The notes under the pieces: model-generated
The model's database searches: none
Seen by the model: the letters and a program-made list of their open reading frames with translations, nothing else
What the model was told of the DNA's origin: nothing
Virus record (IMG/VR): IMGVR_UViG_3300037087_000760
Coordinates: 62,001-126,000 of that record
Direction: 5' to 3' (one strand)
DNA length: 64,000 nucleotides
In this document: positions 38,872 to 49,528 of the stretch, one piece after another
Position numbering within the stretch: position 1 is the stretch's first letter
Layout: the number at the start of each line of letters is the position of its first letter
Program-made: the position numbers and the translations under genes

Positions 38872-39705
38872 TCAAATAATCCAATTTTCCTCTAAAAATG
38901 TATTTAGTAAATATTTTTTTATGTATTTATTAATATTATTTTTATGAATCCATATCCTATTTTTTGATTGCTCTGACATCTTATTTCTCGTTTCCCTTGA
39001 CACATTTTTATTTTTATTAGATAATGACATTATTTTTTTATTTTCTTCTCTCATTTTTCTACCCAAATTAGCATTTTTTATAATATTAAAAGCTTCATCT
39101 GTTAAAATTCTTCCAAGTTTCCAACCATTTTCTAAATATTTATCTATCATTTCTTTTTTTACTAATTTATTAATAATGTTATTATGAATCCATTTTCTAC
39201 CAGTGGCATTGAACGTTATCCTCATGTTACCTAATTTCCATCCATTATTTAAATAACATTCTAATTCTTCTTTTTTGATATATAAGACATTTCCATTTTC
39301 ATTGTGTATCCATTTCTTATTATAACTTGGATTATTAATACCAGACATTTTTTCAGATACTTTCTTTTTACTTTTATCTGTATGTTTTTTATTAGAAAAA
39401 CCATTTTTATTTCCAGAACAATCCTTTCCTGTTGTATGAAAAGTAAATGGAGGTATAGAAAAATTCTTATTTAATTTATTATTAATGTATTTATTTATTA
39501 ACTCAGATTCATATAACATAGCTGAATTTCTATTATCAAATTCTCTTAATATTTTTTTAATTAATTTTCTTTTATCCACTATCCATGTTTTCATCGATCC
39601 TTTATATTTTACATCTTCTAATGGTTTACAATTACAACTTCGACTACCAATATAAAACTCATTAGTTTCTGGTAAAATTACTTTATATACATAATGTGAT
39701 TTCAT
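38872..39705 (-). CDS. GIY-YIG homing endonuclease with NUMOD3-like repeats
   Basis: YVY..FYIGSR; KKHTDKSKKKVSE; repeated KWIHN...NGWKLG. Confidence 0.8.
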   Translation of the reverse strand: MKSHYVYKVILPETNEFYIGSRSCNCKPLEDVKYKGSMKTWIVDKRKLIKKILREFDNRNSAMLYESELINKYINNKLNKNFSIPPFTFHTTGKDCSGNKNGFSNKKHTDKSKKKVSEKMSGINNPSYNKKWIHNENGNVLYIKKEELECYLNNGWKLGNMRITFNATGRKWIHNNIINKLVKKEMIDKYLENGWKLGRILTDEAFNIIKNANLGRKMREENKKIMSLSNKNKNVSRETRNKMSEQSKNRIWIHKNNINKYIKKYLLNTFLEENWII

Positions 39706-39827
39706 TCCAACTTCTTTTTTTACTGTATATATTAAACTAAAAAAAGGAAAAGAGGTTATTTATCCCAACAATAAAAGAAAAATAATCTTTATCATATTAA
39801 TATATAGTAGAAAACAACCAGTAAGAT

Positions 39828-40076
39828 ATGGAAGTATTAAAATTTAAAGAATTCAAACAATTGTTTGAAAAGAAAAAAGAAACAGAACCATCACTAAAAG
39901 CACCTAAAAAATGGTGGAAAAAAATGACTAAAGAAGTAAAAGATGGTAATTCATCTTATGATACTGAAACAGTCAATAGAACAGTTGGTAAAATCTGGTC
40001 AGAATTGAGTGACGATAAGAAATCTGAAATTCGTGGTAGAGAAGGAAAGACCTATGGAAAGGCCCCTGAAAAATAA
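39828..40076 (+). CDS. small basic protein with capsid-targeting-like N-terminus
   Basis: MEVLKFKEFKQLFE. Confidence 0.65.
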   Translation: MEVLKFKEFKQLFEKKKETEPSLKAPKKWWKKMTKEVKDGNSSYDTETVNRTVGKIWSELSDDKKSEIRGREGKTYGKAPEK

Positions 40077-40086
40077 ATAATTTAAT

Positions 40087-40296
40087 ATGCCAACAGTAAA
40101 AAAAGGAGAGAAGAAAAAGAATTATATTTCAAGATGTATACCAATCGTAATGGGTGAGGGTAAACCTCAAAAAGAAGCAATTGGTAAATGTTATGGGTTG
40201 TACGATTATTTTAAAAAGAAGAAAAAGAAGAAAGGAAAGAAAAATGAATCTTTCGTTTTTCCTAAATTTTCTGATTTATATGATCTCCAGAAATAA
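40087..40296 (+). CDS. small basic phage protein
   Basis: KKGEKKKNYISRCI...EGKPQKEAIGKCY. Confidence 0.6.
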   Translation: MPTVKKGEKKKNYISRCIPIVMGEGKPQKEAIGKCYGLYDYFKKKKKKKGKKNESFVFPKFSDLYDLQK

Positions 40297-40479
40297 TTTT
40301 ATATACCCCGTTTTCATCAAACATTTCAGGATATTCTTTCTTAAAAGCTTCATTACATTCTTCCTCATATTGGAATAAAGAATCTCCAGATGGTTGTTGT
40401 TCTTGTGGTATGATAGAATGGTTATCAGCTTTCAATACTGGAGTATTACACGGTACACAAGTAACCACCAAACAATGTG

Positions 40480-41085
40480 TCATTTTTTATTATCTATTTG
40501 TTTTTGAATTTTAGCAGCTTCTTCATAATTTTCTACATCAATAGCTTCCTGAAGCTTTATTTTTAAATCATCAATAGTTAAATCTGCGGTGGCTTCATCC
40601 CAAATATCCATCGTCATAGGATAAGATAAATTCATTCCTTGTTCTTTGAGTTCTTTAAAAAATGATTCCTTGGGATTAACACCATTTTCTTTCATTTTTG
40701 ATATCTCAAAAAATTTCTCAATATACATTCTCTGTTCTACTGTTTTTCTGAATAAATCTCTTACTTCCTGAGGTACTTCTGGAAGTCTATTTAGAATGGA
40801 AAAAGTAGGTGTTACCATACAAAGACTAACATCCATGTGTTTTAATTCTTCTTCTAATCTTTCCTCTAAATCCATTTTCAACACTCTATCATATAGCTCT
40901 TTGTTGTAAATTATTTCTTCCCTTCTAAAAAAATAAGAATAAAACCATGAGATATCATTTATTGGAAAATCATCATCCAGAGATTCACTATTTCTGAGTA
41001 ACCATATAAACTTCTCGACCATTTTTTCATGCTTGAGAAGTGCTTTTTCATATGATAGATTTATCAAGCTAATATTATCGTTCAT
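40480..41085 (-). CDS. hypothetical protein with C-terminal UVR motif
   Basis: LKIKLQEAIDVENYEEAAKIQKQI. Confidence 0.7.
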   Translation of the reverse strand: MNDNISLINLSYEKALLKHEKMVEKFIWLLRNSESLDDDFPINDISWFYSYFFRREEIIYNKELYDRVLKMDLEERLEEELKHMDVSLCMVTPTFSILNRLPEVPQEVRDLFRKTVEQRMYIEKFFEISKMKENGVNPKESFFKELKEQGMNLSYPMTMDIWDEATADLTIDDLKIKLQEAIDVENYEEAAKIQKQIDNKK

Positions 41086-41759
41086 TATTTTGATTTCATT
41101 ATTTTATCCATCTGTTCAATATGTTGAATTAATCTATTGAGATTTTTTTCATTCTCCATATGATCAGGAATACTTAGCCTCAAAAATTTTATTCTTCTTT
41201 CTTTATATTGTTCCCATCCAGCAAATTCATATTCTTTATATATTTGTTCTTCCCATTTCAATAAATCCTTGAAACTTCTATCAAGAATTGAGCAATCTAT
41301 ATCATTAAAAACTGAAATCAATTCATGAATCTTATCATGGCTCTTTGTAGCTAATATAATTTTCTTGGATTTTTCGATTATAGATTCAACCTTTTCTTTT
41401 TCCTCTATTGAGGAAATATCAGTATAATCATCCAGAAGTTCAACACATCTTTCTTCATTATCCTTTCTCTTTGGGTCATAAATTATATCATGAAACACAC
41501 CAGAGATAACCATTGATACTAAATCTTCTAAATTTTGAAAAGAAGTCCCAAAAATCTGTCGTAAGACATCGTTTAAGTGATTAGTCGTATGGAAGTGTCG
41601 TTGTGGTTCTGAATATCTCCTACGCACCTCAGATTCGGTTATATTGATACCAAATTGATTGATTAGGTGAACAGCCATTGAAATATAAACTTTCTCTGGA
41701 TCTTTTCCATTAAATATACCGTATAAACTCGATAACATCAACTTTATTGGTTTTTTCAT
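41085..41759 (-). CDS. HD-superfamily metal-dependent phosphohydrolase
   Basis: YSEPQRHFHTTNH...FHDIIYDP..DNEE...DID. Confidence 0.8.
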   Translation of the reverse strand: MKKPIKLMLSSLYGIFNGKDPEKVYISMAVHLINQFGINITESEVRRRYSEPQRHFHTTNHLNDVLRQIFGTSFQNLEDLVSMVISGVFHDIIYDPKRKDNEERCVELLDDYTDISSIEEKEKVESIIEKSKKIILATKSHDKIHELISVFNDIDCSILDRSFKDLLKWEEQIYKEYEFAGWEQYKERRIKFLRLSIPDHMENEKNLNRLIQHIEQMDKIMKSK

Positions 41760-42169
41760 AATACTACTAAACTTAATTTTTCTTTTTTTATCATTTTCTT
41801 CGCTTCGTCAAATGATAAATATTTAATCTCCTTTTTATCATAAGGCCAATGTGAATGATGAAATACACGATAACAACGATAATAAATTATATCTTCTTTT
41901 TTTAAATTCATATCACTTATATGAGGACTATATTGAATTAAAGTCCATAAATTATGTCTGATTAAACAATCTAAATGTGGGAAATATAATTTACAATATA
42001 AATCATATGGATGAATTTTTTCGAAACCATCTTTTTCTTCTTTACTTAATTCTATTTTTATAGATTCACTAAAGTCAATAGCACCAGAACATTCAAATTC
42101 TAATGAATCCTGAATTGGAATCCATAATTTTCCTTTTTCTGAATTATCTACAATTAATACATTTTTCAT
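41756..42169 (-). CDS. hypothetical protein
   Basis: ORF, ATGA coupling. Confidence 0.6.
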   Translation of the reverse strand: MKNVLIVDNSEKGKLWIPIQDSLEFECSGAIDFSESIKIELSKEEKDGFEKIHPYDLYCKLYFPHLDCLIRHNLWTLIQYSPHISDMNLKKEDIIYYRCYRVFHHSHWPYDKKEIKYLSFDEAKKMIKKEKLSLVVL

Positions 42170-42627
42170 CTTCCTAATGTTTTTTTCATATCCCTATCAC
42201 TATCTTTCTCTTTTATTTTATCTTTCTTATCATACTGCTTCTTACCTTTTGCTAAACCGATATTTAGTTTTATGATACCTTTATCATTAGTTTGTATAGC
42301 CAATGGGACTATTGTTATACCATCAATTTCAAATTGTTTTTGAAATTTCAATAATTGTTTTTTAGTCAATAAGAGTTTTTTATCTCTCTTTGGATCATGA
42401 GATACATATCCAGATTGTTCATATTCAGATATATGAAGATTCTTAATCCACATTTCACCATTGATGAAAAAACAATAAGAATCAGTGAAATTAACTTTCT
42501 GTTGTCTTACAGATTTTACCTCCGTTCCTGTTAAAACAACACCAGCTAATTCAGTATCAAGTATTTCGTAATTAAAATACGCTTTTTTATTTTTTAATAT
42601 CAGTTTATTATTGGTTTCTTTTTTCAT
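42166..42627 (-). CDS. smpB: SsrA-binding protein SmpB
   Basis: NKKAYFNY, AGVVLTGTEVKS, HDPKRDKKLLL, GKKQYDK. Confidence 0.95.
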   Translation of the reverse strand: MKKETNNKLILKNKKAYFNYEILDTELAGVVLTGTEVKSVRQQKVNFTDSYCFFINGEMWIKNLHISEYEQSGYVSHDPKRDKKLLLTKKQLLKFQKQFEIDGITIVPLAIQTNDKGIIKLNIGLAKGKKQYDKKDKIKEKDSDRDMKKTLGR

Positions 42628-43000
42628 TGGTTTGGTTTAATATAATGTCAGCATCTTTTGAATCCTTGTCTGTTATAGTTTCCTTTTTTTCATCAAAAAT
42701 TTTTCCCAATAACTTAATCAAAATCCTAATATCCTTTGGATTTCTGAAATATTGATGTGTATCGAATATGAGAGATCTTTTATTCTCTTTATCATGAACA
42801 TCAATTTCAACATCAGTATGAATCTTACTATGTCTATGAACAAGAAGATCTATATCATATTGTTCATCAGAAAATTTAAACACATATCTATTGTTTAAAA
42901 ATTGATAATCATATGAACAATCAACTTTCTCTGGATGATTAATAATCTTGTTATTGATTATCCTTATTAACTTCATTTTTTGATCCTCTGTAAATCTCAT
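42608..43000 (-). CDS. hypothetical protein
   Basis: ORF. Confidence 0.6.
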   Translation of the reverse strand: MRFTEDQKMKLIRIINNKIINHPEKVDCSYDYQFLNNRYVFKFSDEQYDIDLLVHRHSKIHTDVEIDVHDKENKRSLIFDTHQYFRNPKDIRILIKLLGKIFDEKKETITDKDSKDADIILNQTNEKRNQ

Positions 43001-43078
43001 ATTTTCAAGGTGTTAATTCTAATGTTGAAAGATTATGATATATAATATAATATAATATAATATAATATTATAAACTTA

Positions 43079-43504
43079 TTATTTGTTATATACTTTCCAT
43101 TTATTATTTACATAATTGGGTTTTTCTGAGCATTTTTCACAAATGGTAGAAATCCATCCAGTGCTTGTTTTTCCGACATTTTCCATACTTCCACAATCTT
43201 CACAGGTAATTTCTGACAATTGTTCCGATTCTCTTATCAAGTCAGAAGTATGAGAATCACCCCCACTGAAATAAAAACATAAATCTCCAAATTTTTCTTT
43301 TACCTGAAGAGCCACAACTTGTTCAATATGAATATTCTTATCCAGATAAGATTGGATCTCATAACATAAATTATCGAGAATGGTAAACCAACCATCCCCA
43401 CATTCGAATCCCCAATACATACAGGATTCGTTCATACCCCAACTTCTTTGTATGAATATTTTGGGATATTTTTTCACCAAAAAATCATCATTCTCTTTTT
43501 TCAT
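43079..43504 (-). CDS. conserved phage hypothetical protein
   Basis: ECGDGW..QVKEKFG.L..CEDCG. Confidence 0.75.
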   Translation of the reverse strand: MKKENDDFLVKKYPKIFIQRSWGMNESCMYWGFECGDGWFTILDNLCYEIQSYLDKNIHIEQVVALQVKEKFGDLCFYFSGGDSHTSDLIRESEQLSEITCEDCGSMENVGKTSTGWISTICEKCSEKPNYVNNKWKVYNK

Positions 43505-43739
43505 AATACTTTCAGATGTATTTCATATCCTACTAAATGAGAATAGGGATATTGAATCATTTTTTTACTTTCTTCATCTAATTCGATGATGTATCCTTTA
43601 CCAATGACAGCTGATCCTGTATTAGCCAGACCACAAATTTTACCTGTCATTATGATAGATTTTTCACTCTTTGGATACGGATTATATTCAACCCTTGTTC
43701 CTTGTTCTAAATCTTTCTCTTCCATGTGTTTTTTATTGA

Positions 43740-44315
43740 TTATATCTTTTTTATAAATATAAGTTTCTTGTTTTCTCCTGTTGGTTTAACAAATAGTCCT
43801 TTTAATTCTTCTTTACTATTCCATTTCATTGATGATGATTTATGAGATGGAAGTCCACTCGTTTCTCCAATCAAAGTCCAATTATCGGCTTTGTAGACAG
43901 CTCCATTATTTCCACCAGCCACAAAAGTTAGAATGTATTTCAGATCATCATCATATTTCTTTTTCCATTCGATAGGGGCTAATCTTCTTAATTCCTTTAA
44001 TATCTGAGTTCCAGCGTTCTTTATATGTTTAATCATACAGAATCTCCAGTTATTAGAGAAAGTGTTGAAATTATCTTTATATTCGTTTTTAGACATATTT
44101 ACGAAGGTTAGAATATCTTTAGGTGGTGGATAAACAGAAGATCCAATTCCAATCATTCCTATCGGGTAAGGATTGTTTAGTTCATATATCAACCAATCTA
44201 TTCTACGACCAACTGAAGCATTACTTGCAACATAACTGTGATGTTGTTCTATAATGTTCTTAACAATTATTTTTTGCTCTTGTGAAACGACCAATTCTAA
44301 CTGTATTTTTGTCAT
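43740..44315 (-). CDS. DUF4338/DruA-like (Mom-like) protein
   Basis: HHSY..GRRIDWLI..NNWRF..LTFV..GAVYKADNW..IGET. Confidence 0.65.
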   Translation of the reverse strand: MTKIQLELVVSQEQKIIVKNIIEQHHSYVASNASVGRRIDWLIYELNNPYPIGMIGIGSSVYPPPKDILTFVNMSKNEYKDNFNTFSNNWRFCMIKHIKNAGTQILKELRRLAPIEWKKKYDDDLKYILTFVAGGNNGAVYKADNWTLIGETSGLPSHKSSSMKWNSKEELKGLFVKPTGENKKLIFIKKI

Positions 44316-44431
44316 GTCATAAAGGTATGAAAAAATATTGATAAAAAAAAGTTAATCATCCTGAATTTTTTATTTTCAATTATTTTTCTTATCTTTGGTC
44401 AAATCATAATTATGAAGTTAAGATTTCTAAT

Positions 44432-45313
44432 ATGAAATTAACATTTTTTCATTATATATTCCACGATAAGGATAATTATCACAAAGATGATAATTTGAAA
44501 GGACGATGGGAAAAATATAAATATATTCTGGGATATCTCAGGAAAGAATCTTTCCCTCTTTTGAAAGATAAGTTCATTTACTTCATGAAGTATAAAAAAC
44601 TTACCACTTTGAAAAGATTCACAATAATAGCTGTCATTGGAATTATGATATATTTCAGTAGTTATTATGGTGGAAAGTCTGTTGTAAATTATGTCAATTC
44701 GAAATTTAAACTTCATATGTTTGAAAAATCAGTGAAATATATTCCGAAGATTGATGAATATGTTCCAGATACTATTTCACTCGAAAGAAGAATCAAGGAT
44801 TTATCATTGTCACTATCATTAAGTCCTGAACAAATCAATAAAAAGTTCACTTTCATAACAGTTTATAGTGTTGATAGTACAAAGACATTAAAAAAGTTCC
44901 TTGAAAGATTGGGAGAGATCGAATCCAGAAATCAGTATGATTGTAGAAGGCAGGGATCTCAATATTTGGGAAGATGGCAAATGGGTGATCAAGCAAGGCG
45001 TATTATTGGATTCGGAAATATAAGTTATGAGAAATTCTTACATACACCAGAGATACAAGATGCTGCCGTTGTACTACTGTTGAAGTATAATTACAATTAT
45101 ATGAGGCCATATTTAAAAAGATACAATAATCGAATCATAAGGGGTTATCACCTAACTACAAGTGGAATGTTAGCAATGGCTCATAATGTAGGTGCGGATG
45201 CTGTTATAGGTTTTCTAAATAGTGCCTGTTCTAATGTACCTCATGATGGAAATGGTTCTTCTGATAGATTTCTTATTTTAGGAAATTACGAACTATCCAG
45301 TTTAGAAAAATAA
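44432..45313 (+). CDS. membrane-anchored lysozyme-like/transglycosylase
   Basis: TM segment; IES..Y...YLGRWQMG...AMAHNVG. Confidence 0.65.
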   Translation: MKLTFFHYIFHDKDNYHKDDNLKGRWEKYKYILGYLRKESFPLLKDKFIYFMKYKKLTTLKRFTIIAVIGIMIYFSSYYGGKSVVNYVNSKFKLHMFEKSVKYIPKIDEYVPDTISLERRIKDLSLSLSLSPEQINKKFTFITVYSVDSTKTLKKFLERLGEIESRNQYDCRRQGSQYLGRWQMGDQARRIIGFGNISYEKFLHTPEIQDAAVVLLLKYNYNYMRPYLKRYNNRIIRGYHLTTSGMLAMAHNVGADAVIGFLNSACSNVPHDGNGSSDRFLILGNYELSSLEK

Positions 45314-45707
45314 CTTTATTAAACAATAGATAGCTTTTTTCTCTATAAATAAGAAAAAAGACTATGGACTATAATATGGATTCAACAGCTAATGTTGAAA
45401 TAAATGTTGATTATAAAAAAGAAATAAAAAAGTTAGAATCATTAAGAATTAATTCAGATAATGAATTTAATTCTATAATTGATGATATAATCAAAGAATG
45501 TAAGATATTAGATAAGATTTCTAATGATCTGAAAACCAATAAAGATAATAATTTTGACCAGTTTGAATATAAGTATGAAATTGGTAATCAATTTATAGGT
45601 ACTCATGTAGAATATTGGAATACTATGGGAAATCAAGGATGGGAAATGGTTCATTATGAACCACCAAGAGAGGGTGGATGTATAATTTGGAAAAGAAAAA
45701 TTGTGAA

Positions 45708-46214
45708 ATGAAAAAGTTATTATTTATATTTTGTTTACTGTGTATGCCGATTGTTTTCGGTAGTTCGATGATGTCCCCGTCTCCATTATTTGAAACTTAT
45801 ATTGGTTCTACGAAGAACCAAATCATTGATGACTTAAGAGATAAATCTGAAAAATTTACTATTTCCGATAGAATACAAGTTAGGGTTGATAGTTTAAATC
45901 GTTGGTTGATTAATGACAATTATTACACTTACTTTTTCGATTTTGATGATGGAAGTAAATTAGCTGCCTCTTTTTCTAATCGTACAAATCTCTGTACAAA
46001 TTACTTATATGATTTTACAGATTGTGATTACAGAGATGATATTTTTCTTTTTAATGAAGCATTTGAAAGAATGGATAGTTTGACTTGGTATGAATCCGAT
46101 AGTAAGTCTGTCATAAAATTATTTATAACTGGTTATAGAGGTGGTTATTCTTTATATGCTTACAAGAAACAGTCTGATCCATTTATTGATATAAAAACAA
46201 CCATAAAAAAATAA
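45708..46214 (+). CDS. secreted hypothetical protein
   Basis: Signal-peptide-like MKKLLFIFCLLC. Confidence 0.6.
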   Translation: MKKLLFIFCLLCMPIVFGSSMMSPSPLFETYIGSTKNQIIDDLRDKSEKFTISDRIQVRVDSLNRWLINDNYYTYFFDFDDGSKLAASFSNRTNLCTNYLYDFTDCDYRDDIFLFNEAFERMDSLTWYESDSKSVIKLFITGYRGGYSLYAYKKQSDPFIDIKTTIKK

Positions 46215-46226
46215 TATATAAGATAC

Positions 46227-46383
46227 GGGAGATTACTCAATTTTGATTCATCAGTTTAAAGATACTGGTATGTTGGCTTGGAAGCAGCCAAGCATTTAAA
46301 GGGTGCGTAACGGCCCACCAATATTGGATGACAAAGGGAGAGCCCATCCACCGGTGGGAGTGGTTCGAAACCACAATCTTCCA
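46227..46383 (+). ncRNA. tRNA-scaffolded mimic of 23S rRNA H43-H44 (uL11-binding GTPase-associated centre)
   Basis: GGGAGATT/AATCTTCC-A acceptor stem, GTGG-TTCGAAA-CCAC T arm; 46266-46320 matches the rRNA 1051-1108 domain. Confidence 0.85.
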
Positions 46384-46434
46384 CAAAAGATAGCCCTAAA
46401 TAGGATCATCAGCAGGAGTGCACCCTGACCGATG

Positions 46435-47232
46435 TTAAAGAAATCTGTGTATTTCTCCGGCCATCTTTTTTTTAATTATTAATGATGATTTTCTTTTATA
46501 CTGGTCAAATTTCAATAATCTACTTTCTCGAATCGGTTTATCCTCAATTAATACATCCAAAGACTTGATATCGAGAAACTTGTTTATATTTTCTATGAAT
46601 TCTTGTTTATTTTCACATTTCCACAATTTAGCTTGTGTGGTCATCCATCTTGGTCTTTCTTCCCCTGTTTCCAGATAATTTCTTAATTCCTGTTTGAATT
46701 CAGATAATAACTTCTCTTTATCCCTGATCTTTAAATTATAATATTTATATCTCAACATTGACATAGCAAAATTCTGAACAAAAGATGATGATTTAATATC
46801 AAACATCTCCATTATTATTTTAGATGATTTAGATTCATAATTTTCTGATTTTTCTTCTTTTCTATTTCTCCATACTCCATCTGACCACAACCAAAGATCA
46901 CCATCAGATTCAATTTCAGATGTGCCGACATTAATATGAAAACTTCTGGGATCTACATTCATTTTCATTACATCTGGACCACTTCCATCTTTTTCCCCTC
47001 TATTTTTAGCGTACCAATAAACGGAATCTCCATATTGACTTTTACTGGTATTTGAAAAGAAAAAACCATCTCTAAATAATCCAGAATTACGAATTTCAGA
47101 AGCACCTTTTTTACTTGTACCGTGATATAAAGTAACATAATTAAAACTGAAATCTAATCTAACACCGATTGACTTAGCATCGTCCTTTAAATCTTGGATA
47201 ACTTCTCCGTATGTTGGTTCTCTATCTTCCAT
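46435..47232 (-). CDS. ADP-ribosyltransferase-like protein
   Basis: VTLYHGT...GFFFS. Confidence 0.5.
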   Translation of the reverse strand: MEDREPTYGEVIQDLKDDAKSIGVRLDFSFNYVTLYHGTSKKGASEIRNSGLFRDGFFFSNTSKSQYGDSVYWYAKNRGEKDGSGPDVMKMNVDPRSFHINVGTSEIESDGDLWLWSDGVWRNRKEEKSENYESKSSKIIMEMFDIKSSSFVQNFAMSMLRYKYYNLKIRDKEKLLSEFKQELRNYLETGEERPRWMTTQAKLWKCENKQEFIENINKFLDIKSLDVLIEDKPIRESRLLKFDQYKRKSSLIIKKKMAGEIHRFL

Positions 47233-47666
47233 TATCTTTATATATTATTTTTTACTAAAACTTTTTAGGACATTTCTATTACAATATATAAAAAGAATAA
47301 TAAGAGATATGAAATATTTATTACTGACATTGATTTATATTATAAAAGATTGGGATCTATCGTTGGATGAATTTAATCCGATTGGTAAATTTCTTTGGTG
47401 GATACCAAATTTTCTTAATAATATTATTCGAGTATTTTTTAAGTTACTGGTATCACCCATCATATTTTTATGGATATTATTCTTTGAAAAGAATAAAAGT
47501 CTTATATTAAGATTTTTTGTTTACTGGAAAGATTCTCTTAATGAAGTAATAAATGGGATAAGTCAAGTAAAGGAATAGTATTCCAATTACACTTAAAAGA
47601 AGAAATATTAGAAAACAAAATAAATCTTTCATACAATCTTATATATTAAAATAAAGTGATTTATTG

Positions 47667-48710
47667 ATGAATCTTAATAAAGACTATTACTCAATACTTG
47701 GAATAAAAAAGGAATCCAATTCCGACCAAATTAAGACAGCATTCCGAAAGTTAGCCAAAGAACATCACCCTGATGTCAAAGAGGGTAAAGACGAAACAAA
47801 AATAAAAGAAATCAATGAGGCATATACTGTCTTAAATGATAATACATCTCGTAGGCAATACGATCAACAAAGTAAATACGGGTCTAATTATAATCCAGTA
47901 ATGAATCCTTATACATTCTTTGGAAATTTCGGAAATTTCGAACAGGATTTTGATATATTTAGTGGACCAGCAGGAGTATGGTCAAATAATTTAAATAATG
48001 ATATCTTTAATTCATTTTTCAAAAGAGAAGAATTTCGTGAAAATCTTGATATAACTTATCATACTGATATTACCTTAAAGGATATTTACAATAATAATTT
48101 CGTTAATATAAAATACAAAAGATACATTAAATGTGATACTTGTGATTGGACAGGTTTTGACTTTGATGGTGAATCATTCGAATGTGATGCTTGTGATGGA
48201 CATGGCCATGTTAAAGGAAGAAGTTGTGAATTATGTAGAGGTACTGGAAAAATATTTACTGGAACTTGTAAAAAATGTTCTGGTATTAAAGTAATTTTGA
48301 AAGATGAAGAATTTGCTTTAAGTAATGTTTATGGTATTCGTGAAAGTTTCGATAAGTATCTCAAGGAATACGGACATCAATCTAAGCATTATAGAGGTAA
48401 AATTGGTACTATGTTTGTCAAGGTAAATACTATAATGGACAATCGCTATCAAATTCTACCAAGTAAAGATTTACTTTTTAAATTGGATCTTCATTATCGT
48501 TATGCTATTGATGGATATGAATTCGAATATGAACATTTGGATGGAAAAAAGTATAAGATAAAAATACCATCAAAAACAAAGGATGGAGATCTATTAAAGA
48601 TTGATGGTAAAGGACTTATAATAGATTCCACATTAAAAAGGGCTGATTTATTATTCAAGGTTAACATAGTGGTAGACTATAACTTAGTAGAATTAGCTAA
48701 AAAAGAATAG
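47667..48710 (+). CDS. dnaJ: DnaJ chaperone
   Basis: DYYSILG, HPD motif, CxxCxGxG repeats. Confidence 0.9.
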   Translation: MNLNKDYYSILGIKKESNSDQIKTAFRKLAKEHHPDVKEGKDETKIKEINEAYTVLNDNTSRRQYDQQSKYGSNYNPVMNPYTFFGNFGNFEQDFDIFSGPAGVWSNNLNNDIFNSFFKREEFRENLDITYHTDITLKDIYNNNFVNIKYKRYIKCDTCDWTGFDFDGESFECDACDGHGHVKGRSCELCRGTGKIFTGTCKKCSGIKVILKDEEFALSNVYGIRESFDKYLKEYGHQSKHYRGKIGTMFVKVNTIMDNRYQILPSKDLLFKLDLHYRYAIDGYEFEYEHLDGKKYKIKIPSKTKDGDLLKIDGKGLIIDSTLKRADLLFKVNIVVDYNLVELAKKE

Positions 48711-49077
48711 GAAAAATTTTTTATTTTAGATAAACTATCGTATATTTGTTATCTGAATTAGAATACCGTTTCAATATTATATCATATGGAAAAGATTAAC
48801 GAATTAAACGGGTTTATTAAGGAGTACAAGAATAAGTACATTACTTATCGTTTTATTACCATGTTTACTCATTCTTATCTATTATCTCCAGCTTTGATGT
48901 TTCTTTATTTTTTCGGGATCAATTTCTTCCTTTGTATCGGTATATCTCTTTTATTTGCGGCCATAAATCGTTACATCTATGTAAGGTCTAAACATGATTG
49001 GATTCTTAGTTATAATTTATTTAAAGTATTTGAGGTCTGTCGAGAAAATGAATTGAATATGATATTTAAATAAAGAC

Positions 49078-49431
49078 TTATCCAATTCGGTGTGTGGCTG
49101 TATATTTTCCAGCGTCTACCCATTTCGGAATCCAATTCGGATCTCCTTTTACCTTATCAACCCATTTAGCATATAATACACTTGGATGTTGTGATATGAA
49201 AGTTAAATATAATTTTGCTTTTTCTGGATCAGATTCTAATAATTTTTCATAAGCTTGTTTTTTTGCTGAATGGGAATTTATAATATTCAGTGCTTCTTCT
49301 TCGGTAACTGGTTTCTCTCCAAATAATTTATTACCTGTCTTTTTCACAGTGTCTATTACATTTCCTAAGAATTTTTCATCTGTCTTATAATTTTCATTTA
49401 CAAAATTTTCGAAAGTCATTAAATGTTTCAT
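49078..49431 (-). CDS. protein with capsid-targeting-like N-terminus
   Basis: MKHLMTFENFVNE. Confidence 0.7.
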   Translation of the reverse strand: MKHLMTFENFVNENYKTDEKFLGNVIDTVKKTGNKLFGEKPVTEEEALNIINSHSAKKQAYEKLLESDPEKAKLYLTFISQHPSVLYAKWVDKVKGDPNWIPKWVDAGKYTATHRIG

Positions 49432-49528
49432 ATCAATTTATATTTTGTTTTAAGTATATATTGATTTTTTAATTCGTTTTTTTTTTCTGTCAGTCAAAAT
49501 TAATATATAAGAAGAAAAATCTCATTTA

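Noticed and set aside
38872-39705. Intron hosting the GIY-YIG endonuclease
   Set aside because: Flanking genes are complete and no group I core is evident; it appears free-standing.
42166-42627. tmRNA gene accompanying smpB
   Set aside because: No ~350-nt RNA with tmRNA ends and a tag reading frame is recognisable in this window.
43038-43072. (ATATA)n tandem run
   Set aside because: Short low-complexity repeat overlapping a probable promoter; no evidence of function.
46266-46320. Host rRNA operon fragment or contamination
   Set aside because: Only ~55 nt match. The flanks form a tRNA-like frame and the substitutions are compensatory.
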